Positions 1 through 15,011 of a stretch of 64,000 bases of DNA are shown here, one piece after another (within the stretch, counting starts at the first letter, position 1; each line of letters opens with the position of its first letter). Location of the stretch: the NCBI RefSeq assembly GCF_056746865.1, contig NZ_CM163382.1; one strand, given 5' to 3'. The notes under the pieces were generated by a model. It was not told where the DNA came from, made no database searches, and was given only the letters and a program-made list of their open reading frames with translations. Position numbers and translations under genes: made by a program.

Positions 1-309
<309 letters not shown>

Positions 310-314
310 TTACC

Positions 315-926
315 TCATAACGCGGCGCGTAGGGCTTCGCGAATTAATGTTTCACTGCTGGCGTCAGGGCGAGCGATTTTGCTCACCATGCGGCTTGCTT
401 CTTGTGGTTTATAGCCCAGCGCCACCAGCGCGGCAACCGCTTCCTGTTCAGCATCGTCGGTCGCCGGGCTGGCAGGTGATGTGAGTACCAGGTCGGCGGC
501 TGGCGTAAAGAGATCGCCATGCAAACCTTTAAATCGGTCTTTCATTTCAACAATCAAGCGTTCGGCGGTTTTTTTGCCAATACCCGGCAGTTTCACTAGT
601 GCCCCCACTTCTTCACGCTCAACGGCATTAACGAACTGCTGCGCTGACATTCCGGAGAGGATCGCCAGCGCCAACTTCGGGCCGACGCCGTTGGTTTTGA
701 TCAACTCTTTGAACAACGTGCGCTCTTGTTTATTGTTAAAACCGTACAGCAGTTGCGCGTCTTCACGCACCACAAAGTGGGTGAAAACGATCGCTTCCTG
801 ACCCGCTTCAGGGAGTTCATAAAAACAGGTCATCGGCATATGCACTTCATAGCCTACGCCGCCCACTTCAATTAACACCAGCGGGGGTTGTTTTTCAATG
901 ATGATGCCTCTGAGTCTGCCTATCAC
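315..926 (-). CDS. ruvA: Holliday junction DNA-binding protein RuvA (203 aa)
   Basis: ORF track 315..926 (-); protein [15 protein letters not shown]... recognised as RuvA. Confidence 0.96.
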   Translation of the reverse strand: MIGRLRGIIIEKQPPLVLIEVGGVGYEVHMPMTCFYELPEAGQEAIVFTHFVVREDAQLLYGFNNKQERTLFKELIKTNGVGPKLALAILSGMSAQQFVNAVEREEVGALVKLPGIGKKTAERLIVEMKDRFKGLHGDLFTPAADLVLTSPASPATDDAEQEAVAALVALGYKPQEASRMVSKIARPDASSETLIREALRAAL

Positions 927-977
927 ATGACGCTCCTGCGTAATGAATCAAAGATAATGCTGTATGATAAAAAAATG

Positions 978-993
978 CTGGATAGATATCCAG
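978..993. promoter_or_regulatory. LexA (SOS) operator of the ruvAB promoter, palindrome CTGGATAGATATCCAG
   Basis: Perfect 16-bp palindrome CTGG-N8-CCAG about 50 bp upstream of the ruvA start; matches the non-canonical CTGG variant reported for the ruvAB SOS box. Confidence 0.7.
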
Positions 994-1200
994 CGAAGGA
1001 TGAAGAAAACTTGCGAGGCGTCCCGATGATCTGAAAAATGGCGCAGTAGAATTTTTTCTACAGGTTATATTGGAAGCAAATATTTAAATATTACATATTC
1101 AGCGAAGAAATGCGTAATAAAAATACATATTGCGCCTCCTGAAAAAATAAATTTTTTATGCTATTACGTATATTCGTATCTATTTCAATGGAATGACAAT

Positions 1201-1803
1201 GTGAATATTAATTATCCTGCTGAATATGAAATTGGTGATATCGTCTTTACATGTATAGGTGCTGCCTTATTTGGTCAAATATCAGCTGCATCAAATTGCT
1301 GGAGTAATCACGTCGGGATCATTATCGGTCATAACGGTGAAGACTTCATGGTTGCAGAAAGCCGGGTTCCCCTTTCAACCATCACCACGCTATCTCGTTT
1401 TATTAAACGTTCTTCTAATCAACGCTATGCTATAAAGCGATTAGACGCCGGGCTTACAGAACAACAAAAACAACGAATTGTTGAACAGGTTCCCTCCCGG
1501 CTACGCAAACTTTACCACACCGGTTTTAAATACGAATCTTCGCGCCAGTTCTGTTCAAAATTTGTTTTTGATATTTATAAAAAAGCGCTATGTATTCCGG
1601 TGGGTGAAATAGAGACGTTTGGAGAATTGTTAAATAGCAATCCGAATGCAAAACTCACTTTCTGGAAATTCTGGTTCTTAGGTTCTATTCCGTGGGAGCG
1701 TAAAACCGTCACGCCAGCCAGTTTGTGGCATCATCCGGGTTTGGTGTTGATTCATGCGGAGGGAGTGGAAACGCCTCAGCCGGAACTGACCGAGGCGGTA
1801 TAA
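1201..1803 (+). CDS. yebB: YebB, uncharacterised DUF830-type protein (200 aa), GTG start
   Basis: ORF track 1201..1803; visibly AT-rich relative to flanking ruv genes; sits between ruvA and ruvC as in K-12. Confidence 0.85.
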   Translation: MNINYPAEYEIGDIVFTCIGAALFGQISAASNCWSNHVGIIIGHNGEDFMVAESRVPLSTITTLSRFIKRSSNQRYAIKRLDAGLTEQQKQRIVEQVPSRLRKLYHTGFKYESSRQFCSKFVFDIYKKALCIPVGEIETFGELLNSNPNAKLTFWKFWFLGSIPWERKTVTPASLWHHPGLVLIHAEGVETPQPELTEAV

Positions 1804-1804
1804 C

Positions 1805-2326
1805 TTAACGCAGTCGCCCTCTCGCCAGGTTCAGCCGCGATTCGCTCATCTGCATCGCATTCTGACTGACGTGACAATGGGTAATCGCGATAGCTAACGC
1901 ATCGGCGGCGTCCGCCTGTGGATTAGCGGGCAGTTTCAGCAAGGTGCGGACCATATGCTGCACCTGGCTTTTTTCAGCACTACCAATACCTACCACCGTT
2001 TGCTTTACCTGACGTGCCGCATATTCAAATACCGGCAATTCCTGATTCACCGCCGCCACAATCGCCACGCCGCGTGCCTGCCCCAGTTTCAGGGCTGAGT
2101 CAGCGTTCTTCGCCATAAAGACTTGTTCAATGGCGAAATAATCAGGCTGGAACTGGGTAATGATTTCCGTCACGCCCGCATAGATGAGCTTCAGACGAGA
2201 CGGTAAATCATCCACTTTGGTGCGTATGCATCCGCTACCCAGGTAGGACAATTGCCTGCCTACCTGGCGGATGACGCCATAGCCGGTCACGCGCGAACCC
2301 GGGTCAATGCCGAGAATAATAGCCAT
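1805..2326 (-). CDS. ruvC: Holliday junction resolvase RuvC (173 aa)
   Basis: ORF 1805..2329 begins [18 protein letters not shown]...; second Met taken as start to match the known 173-aa length. Confidence 0.93.
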
Positions 2327-2360
2327 CACGCGTCTCCGTTTTGCTGTTTAGCAGGCCCCA

Positions 2361-3101
2361 TCAGAGAGTCGCTGCAACCTCATCAGAGATTTCACCGTTA
2401 TGGTAGACTTCCTGCACGTCGTCGCAATCTTCCAGCATATCGATCAGACGCATCAGTTTCGGTGCGGTTTCTGCATCCATATCAGCTTTGGTGGACGGGA
2501 TCATGGAAACTTCCGCGCTGTCTGCTTTCAGACCTGCCGCTTCCAGAGCGTCGCGCACTTTACCCATTTCTTCCCATGCAGTGTAGACATCAATTGCGCC
2601 GTCATCATAGGTCACAACGTCTTCAGCACCTGCTTCCAGCGCTGCTTCCATGATGGTGTCTTCATCGCCTTTCTCGAAGGAGATCACGCCTTTTTTGCTG
2701 AACAGATAAGCTACGGAACCATCAGTACCGAGGTTACCGCCACATTTACTGAATGCATGGCGCACTTCAGCAACGGTACGGTTGCGGTTGTCAGACAGAC
2801 ATTCAATCATGATTGCCGTGCCGCCAGGACCGTAACCTTCGTAGATGATGGTTTCCATGTTTGCATCATCATCACCGCCCACACCACGTGCGATTGCGCG
2901 GTTCAGAGTGTCACGGGTCATGTTGTTAGACAATGCTTTATCAATTGCTGCACGCAGACGCGGGTTAGCGTCCGGATCGCCACCGCCCAGCTTAGCCGCG
3001 GTTACCAGCTCACGAATGATTTTAGTGAAGATTTTACCGCGCTTAGCATCCTGCGCAGCTTTACGATGTCTGGTGTTGGCCCATTTACTATGACCTGCCA
3101 T
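2361..3101 (-). CDS. yebC: YebC/PmpR family transcriptional regulator (246 aa)
   Basis: ORF 2361..3101; [27 protein letters not shown]... signature of the YebC family. Confidence 0.95.
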
Positions 3102-3129
3102 AAAAATATCTCCAGATAGCCCTGCCTGT

Positions 3130-3582
3130 TCAGGCAGCGTTAATTACAAACTGTTCAATCGCCTGCCGGTTGCTCCAGGACTTAGTGAGCGCCGCCGCAG
3201 CAGGCGCATCAAGCCACTTGTAAGCCAGATGTTCAGTGAAAACGATCTGCCGCTCGTGCGGAAGCGCAAGACAGAACCATGATTCCGTATTACGCGTCAC
3301 GCCCGGCGCATAGCGATGACGTAAATGTGAAAAAATTTCAAACTCTACCGTGCGCTGACAGTCAATTAAGGTCAGTTGTTCAGCGACAACATCAATGGTG
3401 ACCTCTTCCTTTACTTCGCGCATGGCAGCTTGCGGCGCGGTTTCACCCTCTTCCACGCTGCCGGTTACCGACTGCCAGAAATCGGGATCGTCACGCCGCT
3501 GCAACATCAGCACCCGTTTCGTATCTTGTGCGTAGATGACCACTAAGATCGAAACGGGACGCTTATACACTTTATCCTTCAC
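3130..3582 (-). CDS. nudB: Dihydroneopterin triphosphate pyrophosphatase NudB (150 aa), GTG start
   Basis: ORF 3130..3639 contains a Nudix box ([20 protein letters not shown]); start placed at internal GTG (plus-strand cac at 3580-3582) giving the known 150-aa protein MKDKVYKRP... Confidence 0.88.
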
Positions 3583-3699
3583 GCTGCCTCTTCGTTGACT
3601 GCCTTCGCTCATCCCATTCACATAGTTATCTATGCTCATGGGAGTTCACTCAGTTGCCGCCTCGATGCAACGCGAATGATTTCGTGTATTTGAGTCATA

Positions 3700-5472
3700 T
3701 CAGTTATTCTCAGCCTTCTTCACAACCTGAATGCTCAGCTCAGCCAGTGCAGTCGGGTTAGCAAAGCTCGGTGCTTCAGTCATCAGACACGCTGCCGCCG
3801 TGGTTTTCGGGAAGGCGATAACGTCACGGATATTGTCGGTGCCGGTCAGCAGCATGGTCAGACGGTCAAGACCGAATGCCAGACCTGCGTGCGGCGGAGT
3901 ACCGTATTTCAGAGCGTCGAGCAGGAAGCCGAATTTCTCGCGCTGTTCCTCTTCGTTGATACCCAGAATACCAAACACCGTCTGCTGCATATCACCATTA
4001 TGGATACGTACTGAACCACCGCCCACTTCGTAACCATTGATGACCATATCGTAAGCGTTCGCCACCGCATTTTCCGGTGCAGCTTTCAGTTCTGCAGCCG
4101 TCATATCTTTCGGTGAGGTGAACGGATGGTGCATTGCCGTCAGGCCGCCTTCACCGTCGTCTTCAAACATCGGGAAGTCGATAACCCACAGCGGTGCCCA
4201 TTTGCTTTCGTCGGTCAGACCAAGGTCTTTACCCACTTTCAGGCGCAGTGCACCCATCGCGTCGGCAACAATTTTCTTGTTGTCGGCACCGAAGAAAATC
4301 ATATCGCCATCTTGCGCGGCAGTACGATCCAGGATGTCTTCGATGATTTCTGCATTAAGGAACTTCGCTACCGGGCTGTTGATACCTTCCAGACCTTTCG
4401 CGCGTTCGTTAACTTTGATGTAAGCCAGACCTTTCGCGCCGTAGATTTTAACGAAGTTACCGTATTCGTCGATCTGCTTACGGGTCAGCGATGCGCCGCC
4501 CGGAACGCGCAGAGCCGCTACGCGACCTTTCGGATCGTTCGCCGGACCTGCAAATACAGCAAACTCAACAGATTTCAGCAGATCAGCAACGTCAGTCAGT
4601 TCCATCGGGTTACGCAGATCCGGTTTATCAGAACCATAACGGCGTTCTGCTTCCGCAAAGGTCATTACCGGGAAATCGCCCAGATCCACACCCTTCACTT
4701 CCAGCCACAGATGACGCACCAGCGCTTCCATCACTTCACGCACTTGCGGCGCGGTCATGAAAGAAGTTTCCACATCGATCTGAGTAAATTCAGGCTGACG
4801 GTCAGCACGCAGGTCTTCGTCACGGAAGCATTTAACGATCTGATAGTAACGGTCAAAACCGGACATCATCAGCAGCTGTTTGAACAACTGCGGGGATTGC
4901 GGCAGTGCGTAGAATTTACCTTTGTGCACACGAGAAGGCACCAGGTAGTCACGCGCGCCTTCCGGCGTGGCTTTGGTCAGCATCGGAGTTTCGATGTCGA
5001 GGAAGCCGTGGTCATCCATAAAACGGCGCACCAGGCTGGTGATTTTAGCGCGGGTTTTCAGGCGCTGAGCCATTTCCGGACGACGCAGGTCGAGGTAGCG
5101 GTATTTCAGACGCGCTTCTTCGGTGTTGACGTGGTTAGAGTCAAGCGGCAGAACATCTGCGCGGTTGATGATAGTCAGCGAGGACGCCAGCACTTCGATT
5201 TCGCCGGTCGCCATATCGCGGTTAATATTTTTTTCGTCACGCGCACGTACGGTGCCCGTGACCTGAATGCAGAACTCATTACGCAGTTCAGAGGCCAGCT
5301 TTAACGCGTCCGCACGATCCGGATCGAAAAATACCTGCACGATACCTTCGCGGTCGCGCATATCGATGAAGATCAGGCTACCAAGATCACGACGACGGTT
5401 GACCCAACCACACAGAGTCACCTGCTGCCCCACGTGGGACAAACGGAGCTGTCCACAATATTCTGTACGCAT
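3700..5472 (-). CDS. aspS: Aspartate--tRNA ligase (590 aa)
   Basis: ORF 3700..5472; class II aaRS motifs, sequence [24 protein letters not shown]... recognised as AspRS. Confidence 0.97.
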   Translation of the reverse strand: MRTEYCGQLRLSHVGQQVTLCGWVNRRRDLGSLIFIDMRDREGIVQVFFDPDRADALKLASELRNEFCIQVTGTVRARDEKNINRDMATGEIEVLASSLTIINRADVLPLDSNHVNTEEARLKYRYLDLRRPEMAQRLKTRAKITSLVRRFMDDHGFLDIETPMLTKATPEGARDYLVPSRVHKGKFYALPQSPQLFKQLLMMSGFDRYYQIVKCFRDEDLRADRQPEFTQIDVETSFMTAPQVREVMEALVRHLWLEVKGVDLGDFPVMTFAEAERRYGSDKPDLRNPMELTDVADLLKSVEFAVFAGPANDPKGRVAALRVPGGASLTRKQIDEYGNFVKIYGAKGLAYIKVNERAKGLEGINSPVAKFLNAEIIEDILDRTAAQDGDMIFFGADNKKIVADAMGALRLKVGKDLGLTDESKWAPLWVIDFPMFEDDGEGGLTAMHHPFTSPKDMTAAELKAAPENAVANAYDMVINGYEVGGGSVRIHNGDMQQTVFGILGINEEEQREKFGFLLDALKYGTPPHAGLAFGLDRLTMLLTGTDNIRDVIAFPKTTAAACLMTEAPSFANPTALAELSIQVVKKAENN

Positions 5473-5781
5473 GAGATATCCCTTAACTTAGCTGCCGGCG
5501 GATGCCCCCTGCTGCGCAGGTGACCAAGTCGCAGCGTTAGCTGTATGTCACAACTGAATGAAAAAAGGCGGCTATTATACTGGAAATTCTGCCGCACCGT
5601 AAGAGCCTGGCCCGCGCTGGAACGCCTCGTTACCACTTTATATCGGGCCTGAAATCAGACTCTACGCCAGTTTGCTATAAAGGTGTTGCCCGAACTCATA
5701 AAAATTAACAAAATTTGTCGTTCCGCCATCGGCTAATCGCATTAAGGTGTGAGGCACGATTTTGTTTTTTCAGGAGTCATT

Positions 5782-6348
5782 ATGCTTGAACTTAATGCTA
5801 AAACCACTGCGCTGGTGGTGATCGATTTACAAGAAGGCATCTTACCTTTTGCCGGTGGTCCACATACTGCCGATGAGGTAGTTAATCGCGCCGGGAAGCT
5901 GGCGGCGAAATTTCGCGCCAGCGGTCAGCCCGTGTTTCTGGTGCGCGTTGGCTGGTCTGCCGATTACGCTGAAGCATTAAAACAGCCGGTCGATGCGCCC
6001 TCACCGGCTAAAGTGTTGCCCGAAAATTGGTGGCAACATCCTGCTGCATTAGGTGCAACCGACAGCGATATCGAAATCATCAAACGTCAATGGGGTGCGT
6101 TTTACGGTACGGATCTGGAGTTGCAATTACGCCGCCGAGGTATCGATACAATAGTGTTATGTGGGATCTCGACCAATATCGGTGTTGAATCCACCGCCCG
6201 CAATGCCTGGGAACTTGGCTTTAATCTGGTGATTGCCGAAGACGCCTGTAGTGCCGCCAGCGCCGAGCAGCACAATAACAGTATCAACCATATCTACCCG
6301 CGCATCGCCCGTGTGCGTAGCGTGGAAGAGATCCTCAACGCGTTATGA
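5782..6348 (+). CDS. yecD: Isochorismatase-family hydrolase YecD (188 aa)
   Basis: ORF 5749..6348; start moved to ATG 5782 preceded by AGGAG; [19 protein letters not shown]... Confidence 0.9.
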
Positions 6349-7163
6349 TTTACATCGGTCTACCGCAATGGTCGCATCCTAAATGGGTGCGGTTGGGGAT
6401 CACCAGCCTTGAAGAGTATGCCCGCCACTTTAACTGCGTGGAGGGCAACACCACGCTTTACGCCCTGCCGAAACCCGAGGTTGTCCTGCGCTGGCGTGAG
6501 CAGACCACAGATGACTTCCGCTTCTGTTTTAAGTTTCCGGCGACCATTTCGCATCAGGCAGCATTACGGCATTGCGATGATTTAGTGACTGAATTTTTGA
6601 CCCGCATGTCACCGTTGGCTCCGCGCATTGGGCAATACTGGCTGCAACTGCCTGCCACATTCGGCCCACGGGAGCTGCCTGCGCTTTGGCATTTTCTCGA
6701 TTCTCTTCCTGGCGAATTTAATTATGGCGTGGAAGTCCGCCATCCACAGTTTTTCGCCAAAGGAGAAGAGGAACAAACGCTTAATCGCGGTTTACATCAG
6801 CGCGGCGTTAATCGGGTGATTTTAGACAGCCGCCCGGTTCATGCAGCACGTCCACACAGTGAAGCTATTCGCGACGCTCAACGAAAAAAACCTAAAGTTC
6901 CGGTACATGCTGTACTGACGGCGACAAATCCGCTGATCCGTTTTATCGGTAGTGATGATATGACGCAAAACCGGGAATTATTTCAGGTCTGGTTACAAAA
7001 ATTAGCGCAGTGGCATCAGACCACTACGCCTTATCTTTTTTTACATACGCCAGACATTGCCCAGGCACCGGAACTGGTACATACCCTGTGGGAAGACTTA
7101 CGTAAAACGCTTCCAGAGATCGGAGCAGTTCCGGCTATTCCACAGCAATCTTCTCTTTTCTGA
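6345..7163 (+). CDS. yecE: DUF72 family protein YecE (272 aa)
   Basis: ORF 6345..7163; 4-nt overlap with the yecD stop (ATGA) suggests translational coupling. Confidence 0.92.
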
Positions 7164-7215
7164 ATTTGCCACCTATCATAGACAGGTGCCATCGGCCATT
7201 TTAAAGGGAGTTTGT

Positions 7216-9363
<2,148 letters not shown>

Positions 9364-9377
9364 AGGTCTGGTATTAC

Positions 9378-9477
9378 TGCCGGATGCGGCGTGAACGCCT
9401 TATCCGGCCTACAAAACCTTGCTAATTCAATATATTGCAGGGACTATGTAGGCCTGATAAGCATAGCGCATCAGGCA
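9378..9477. repeat. REP/BIME element (two inverted REP units)
   Basis: tgccggatgcggcgtgaacgccttatccggcctaca ... tgtaggcctgataagcatagcgcatcaggca; classic enterobacterial REP palindromes between convergent cmoB and torZ. Confidence 0.8.
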
Positions 9478-9527
9478 GCTTTACGTTTGCATAACCTCAG
9501 CGCCCGTTTCCGGGCGCTATTCACTTC

Positions 9528-11957
9528 TTATGCCTGAATAGCTGGCTGATCAAACGCCGTTAACTTCGGCGCATTGCCCGTATATTTTTCGATATACACC
9601 AGCGCAGAGTTACCGGCACAGGCATTTGCCAGCTGCGAGCTGGGGATATCCGCCGTTAACACGTTCGCACTGCCGTTTTTACACAAGCCATTTTCCAGAT
9701 CTGGCCATGCACCTTCATGCACGCATACCACGCCTTTTTTGATCCCGTCAGTCACCACCGCGCCTGTCAGAATCTGACCACGTTTGTTCCACACACGCAC
9801 CAGATCACCATTCGCAATACCAAAGCGAGCAGCATCTTCGGTGTGAATAGTGATTGGTTCACGATCTGCAACCGCATATTTTTTACGCAGTTCCGCATAG
9901 TTAAGCTGACTATGTAAACGGTGTGCCGGATGTGCGGTCAGAAGCTGCAACTGCTTCTCGTCGGCGGTACCCTTCCACTCATCAGGCGCAAGCCAGGTTG
10001 GGTGTGCCGGGCAATCCTTATAGCCAAATTTTTCCAGCGTTTTGGAGTAAATCTCAATTTTGCCGCTTGGCGTACCCAGCGCATTTTTCACCGGATCGGC
10101 GCGGAAATCACCATAACGAACGTACTGTTCGTTCTTCTCGCTGCGGCGCATTTCGATCAGTTTATTTTGCTGCCAGAAGGCATTAAACATCGGCATAGTC
10201 ACGCGTTGCGCACGGGCACCTTTCTGAGCGGCATCATAGAAAAATTTCAGCCACGCCATTTCATCTTTACCTTCGGTATAGATCTCTTTTCCGCCAGGTT
10301 TCAGTAATTCCGCAAGATCGGCAAACACATCAAAATCGTTTCGCGCTTCAAATTGCGGAGCGACAGCCTGCTTCATCGGCACAATATGCTGGTTACTGTA
10401 ATCACCGGTCATCGTCAAGTCATTGCGCTCAAACGATGTGGTGATCGGTAATACGATATCTGCATGTTTAGCAGCTGCGGTCCAGTAGCATTCAGAAACG
10501 ACGATCATCTCCGGTTTCTGCCATGCTTTAATCAGACGATTAGTATCCTGGTGATGGGTAAAGTTACCGCCACCCGCCCACCAGATCATTTTGATATTCG
10601 GATACGTTTGCTCTTTACCGTTATGCTGATATTTGCCGCCAGGATTTTCCAGCGCATCGACGATACGGGCAACAGGAATCGCCGTCATTCCGCCATCATC
10701 AGCGGCCTCGCTGGCCTGTCCGGCAATCGCCGCAGACATTTCCGGCAGCACGCCGCCAACACGTGTCGGGTTGCCACCATTGGAGTAATGATAAGAGAAA
10801 CCAAAACCGCCGCCCGGTGTACCAATCTGCCCTAACATCGCCGCCAGCGTCACCAGCATCCAGTGTTTCTGTTCACCATATTGCTGGCGCTGAATTCCCC
10901 AGCCTGCCATCAGCATTGTGCGATTCGCCGCCATCAGTTCAGCGAGTTTGACTATCTGCGCTTCCGGTACGCCAGTAATTTCCGCCGCCCAGGCCGCGCT
11001 CTTCGGAGTATTATCGCTCTTACCTGTCAGATATTCTTCAAACTGCGGATACCCGGTGGTGTATTTTTCAAGGAACACTTTATCGTGTTTGCCTTGTGTC
11101 ATCAGGGTATGCGCAATCCCTAACATCAGTGCCACGTCGGTGCCCATATTCGGCGCGATCCAGGTGGCATTATCGCCAAAGAACTCAATGGTTTCGGAGC
11201 GGATAGGATCAATGGCAATCACTGGTTTGCCAGATTTTTTCAGCTGATGGAAGTATTCCAGCCCTTGCTCATCGGTACTGCTCCAGGCAATTTTTAAGGT
11301 ATTCAGCGGGTTCATCCCCCACAGCACCACAACCTGGCTGTTTTCCAGAATCAGCGGCCAGGAGGTCTGCTGTTCATACACCTCTACAGAACCGACCACA
11401 TGCGGCATGATCACCTGTGCTGCCCCGGTTGAATAATCGCCGCTATGCCCGGAATAACCGCCCGCGAGGTTCATATAACGTTGCAGTAAGGTTTGCGCTT
11501 TATGCAACACGCCAGAAGAGCGCCAGCCGTAAGATCCGGCAAAAATGGCCGATGGTCCGTTAGCTTTACGAATACGATCGTGTTGCTCATGAATCAGTTT
11601 TAATGCTTGTTCCCAGCTCACCTGTACATAGGTATCTTCGCCTCGACCTTTCGCCGGTTGCAGTGGATTATCGAGATAGCTTTTTCTCACCATCGGATGC
11701 TGAATACGCGCCGTGGTGTGTACCTGATCCGCCGCCGTAGACTGTAAGGAGTTCGGTATGGTTTTCGCCAGCGCGCCTGTCGAAGAAACAATCTTGCCGT
11801 CCTTCACTTCTACGTTCATCGCTCCCCAGCGTCCCGCGGTGAGGATTTTACCGCCCTTCTCTTCTGCCCATGCGGGTAGCGGTGCTGCCGATGTCACCAC
11901 CAGCGCTCCAGCGGCAATACCGCTGTGTTTAATAAATTCACGTCTTGTTAATGTCAT
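9528..11957 (-). CDS. torZ: Periplasmic TMAO/N-oxide reductase catalytic subunit TorZ (BisZ), molybdoenzyme, Tat signal (809 aa)
   Basis: ORF 9528..11975; start taken at [20 protein letters not shown] (twin-arginine motif); molybdopterin oxidoreductase family. Confidence 0.93.
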   Translation of the reverse strand: MTLTRREFIKHSGIAAGALVVTSAAPLPAWAEEKGGKILTAGRWGAMNVEVKDGKIVSSTGALAKTIPNSLQSTAADQVHTTARIQHPMVRKSYLDNPLQPAKGRGEDTYVQVSWEQALKLIHEQHDRIRKANGPSAIFAGSYGWRSSGVLHKAQTLLQRYMNLAGGYSGHSGDYSTGAAQVIMPHVVGSVEVYEQQTSWPLILENSQVVVLWGMNPLNTLKIAWSSTDEQGLEYFHQLKKSGKPVIAIDPIRSETIEFFGDNATWIAPNMGTDVALMLGIAHTLMTQGKHDKVFLEKYTTGYPQFEEYLTGKSDNTPKSAAWAAEITGVPEAQIVKLAELMAANRTMLMAGWGIQRQQYGEQKHWMLVTLAAMLGQIGTPGGGFGFSYHYSNGGNPTRVGGVLPEMSAAIAGQASEAADDGGMTAIPVARIVDALENPGGKYQHNGKEQTYPNIKMIWWAGGGNFTHHQDTNRLIKAWQKPEMIVVSECYWTAAAKHADIVLPITTSFERNDLTMTGDYSNQHIVPMKQAVAPQFEARNDFDVFADLAELLKPGGKEIYTEGKDEMAWLKFFYDAAQKGARAQRVTMPMFNAFWQQNKLIEMRRSEKNEQYVRYGDFRADPVKNALGTPSGKIEIYSKTLEKFGYKDCPAHPTWLAPDEWKGTADEKQLQLLTAHPAHRLHSQLNYAELRKKYAVADREPITIHTEDAARFGIANGDLVRVWNKRGQILTGAVVTDGIKKGVVCVHEGAWPDLENGLCKNGSANVLTADIPSSQLANACAGNSALVYIEKYTGNAPKLTAFDQPAIQA

Positions 11958-11981
11958 AACTTCCTCCCTGATCAACGAGGA

Positions 11982-13082
11982 TCACTGTTTCTCGGTAATA
12001 TCTTTGGCGTTGTACTGGAAATACCGCGTTAAAATGTCCAGTTCGTTTTCGCTCATGCTGGTTCGTGCCCCCATTCCTTTGGCAATGGACGGCCACGCAT
12101 TGACGGTGTAATGGTCGGCGGCAATAGGGGCATGACAACCAGCGCAATAGGTATCGTCAAGTTTTTCAGCGTATTGCCATAGCGGTTTACGGTCCGCTAA
12201 TGCGGGATCGGTAAGCGCACCCTGTAAAGACGCCTGACGCCATTGATTGCCGTATTCGTCAGCCTGCCATTCCCCGTTTACCGTGAGCGCCTTGATACCT
12301 TCTTCACTTAATGTGGCTAGCGCCAGCCGTTGACCTGCCGCCAGGTAGAGCGTGTTTTCACTGCCCTGCATTTGATAACCCTGCAACAGAACGATCGGCT
12401 GTTTGCCACTGGCATCAACGACGGTGAGATCGGTACCAGGATTCACGGTAGCCAGCTCGCCTATGCGAGAAGTTTTGAAAGGATAAATATGTGCGCCATT
12501 AGTCACTGAAGTAGCGGTCTGACTTTCCAGCTCATGCGCCGCGTTGTCATCCATTTTTATTTCTGGCGGAAAATGGGCAATGCCTTTATGACAATCGATA
12601 CAGGTTTCGCCGCCCTTTTGTGCTTTGTTATGCATTTTCTGCGCAGATTCACTTTGCGAGGCAATATCCATGGCATCAAAAGAATGGCAACTACGGCACG
12701 TTGCAGAGTCAGTTGCTTTTAATTCTTTCCATACTGTTTCGGCCATTTCCTGGCGATGAGTTTCGAACATATCGTCACTGTCTATTTTGCCGCTAACAAA
12801 TTCATGATAAATATCTTTAGATGCTTTTAATTTAGCAAATAAATAATCCATCCCTGACTTTGGAATATGGCAATCGGCACATTCCGCACGTATCCCTTTC
12901 TGGTTCGAAAAGTGGACAGTTCCCTGATATTCCTCAAAAGGTTTACTCATCGAGTGGCAGGAAAGGCAAAATGCTGTATCCGACGTTTTATGTAAGGCTT
13001 TTTGCGCCAGCAATAACCCGCCGCCACCAACCACAACCGCTATCAGCAAAAACAATAACCCAATGCGTTTTTTCCCTCGCAT
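11982..13082 (-). CDS. torY: NapC/NirT-type penta-haem c-type cytochrome TorY (366 aa)
   Basis: ORF 11982..13082; several CxxCH haem-binding motifs (CLSCH, CADCH, CRSCH, CIDCH, CAGCH). Confidence 0.94.
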   Translation of the reverse strand: MRGKKRIGLLFLLIAVVVGGGGLLLAQKALHKTSDTAFCLSCHSMSKPFEEYQGTVHFSNQKGIRAECADCHIPKSGMDYLFAKLKASKDIYHEFVSGKIDSDDMFETHRQEMAETVWKELKATDSATCRSCHSFDAMDIASQSESAQKMHNKAQKGGETCIDCHKGIAHFPPEIKMDDNAAHELESQTATSVTNGAHIYPFKTSRIGELATVNPGTDLTVVDASGKQPIVLLQGYQMQGSENTLYLAAGQRLALATLSEEGIKALTVNGEWQADEYGNQWRQASLQGALTDPALADRKPLWQYAEKLDDTYCAGCHAPIAADHYTVNAWPSIAKGMGARTSMSENELDILTRYFQYNAKDITEKQ

Positions 13083-13389
13083 AGATTCCTCTAAATAAAT
13101 TCCAGAACACCGAAATCATTGTATAATTAAATACACAACGAATTAACCGCTTGCATAACTCGGCACAACACTGCCTGAAATAATCGATAAAGAATATGAT
13201 TTATTACAATGTAATCATTAATTGCTAAGGAATAACCCAGTTGCTATTTAGAATATATATTTATCAGTTTTAGCAATTTAAATCCCATAATCAATGTGAA
13301 TATAAAAAATATTTTTAGCACAACGCTATGCGCACTGTCACCCGCTCAACAGATCACGGTTATCGTTCGTTTTTTATACTGCTCAGGGA

Positions 13390-14225
<836 letters not shown>

Positions 14226-14229
14226 TTAA

Positions 14230-14796
14230 TTACGCCGACTGCTCGCTGGCAACGATCTCTTCAATGGACCACGGATGAAACTTAATAGTTGTTTTGCCAT
14301 CGGTGACCGCCAGCGTCGGATTCGGTAATCGCTCATGCTCACCTTTTGGCGAACTGGTTTTCACTGAGATCCCCGGTAGGCTGAGTCCTTCATCAGAAAG
14401 CAATGCCAGCGCACGGGCATTCAGCGTTTCTGGATCACCCGGCAGAACGATTTCAATATGTTCCCAACCTTCGTGTGGGTAACGTTTTTCCCCGGGCCAC
14501 GGTAGCTCCACAATAGAAAACTGCCAGTGCGCAACCTGTACCGGTTCATGCAATTTAAACAGACAAATCGGTCTGCCATTGATCATATTTTCTGACAAAA
14601 GCTCGCCACACTGTTCAAACCCGCGACGCCAGCGTTCAGCAGTGGCGTTTTGATGGCAACGCAAAGAAATGTGATCGGCAGTCAGCGGAGTGATATTCAA
14701 CCCCAGACGGCGGGAAAGTTCATCTAATGCGTGGGTAAATCGCGGTAAATCCGATGCAATATCCTGCAGCTCGTCGATAGATTGCCAGTTCGCCAT
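14230..14796 (-). CDS. yecM: YecM, VOC/glyoxalase-fold protein of unknown function (188 aa)
   Basis: ORF 14230..14802 (MIMANWQ...); second Met taken as start. Confidence 0.88.
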   Translation of the reverse strand: MANWQSIDELQDIASDLPRFTHALDELSRRLGLNITPLTADHISLRCHQNATAERWRRGFEQCGELLSENMINGRPICLFKLHEPVQVAHWQFSIVELPWPGEKRYPHEGWEHIEIVLPGDPETLNARALALLSDEGLSLPGISVKTSSPKGEHERLPNPTLAVTDGKTTIKFHPWSIEEIVASEQSA

Positions 14797-15011
14797 AATC
14801 ACTCTTCGTCTTTCAGTAAAAGCGTTAATTTACCCTGTTGCCCTGTGCCAACCAACCGCTGATTTCACGCCGCTTCTGATGCAATAGTGAAAACGGCAAT
14901 ACGCCACGCGCACGTTGCTGACGAAAACAGCCATTTGCAGTATACTCCCGCCCTAATTTCTTTAACTGGTGCGGGCAATTTTTGCTCGCTTCATCAATGT
15001 AAGGTATTCCG

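Noticed and set aside
2400-3119. 239-aa plus-strand ORF overlapping yebC
   Set aside because: Antisense to yebC, Cys/His/Phe-rich low-complexity translation typical of shadow frames.
3583-3639. Upstream in-frame extensions proposed by the ORF track for nudB, araF, araG, dcyD, fliY, fliZ, flhA, cheA, cheZ, tar, torZ, otsB and sdiA
   Set aside because: In each case the ORF finder ran to the most upstream in-frame ATG, GTG or TTG. Internal starts were chosen from the known protein length and N-terminal sequence and, where checked, SD spacing. Coordinates given here are for the nudB example only.
4126-5304. 392-aa ORF on the plus strand inside aspS
   Set aside because: Antisense shadow ORF within aspS; composition dominated by codon-complement bias (F/R/H/V-rich), with no ribosome-binding site or known homologue that I recognise.
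7057-7215. N-terminal extension of yecN (ORF track start 7057) overlapping the yecE 3' end
   Set aside because: The extension is hydrophilic, overlaps yecE in another frame and lacks an SD; ATG at 7216 has AAGGGAG upstream and yields the known 131-aa membrane protein.
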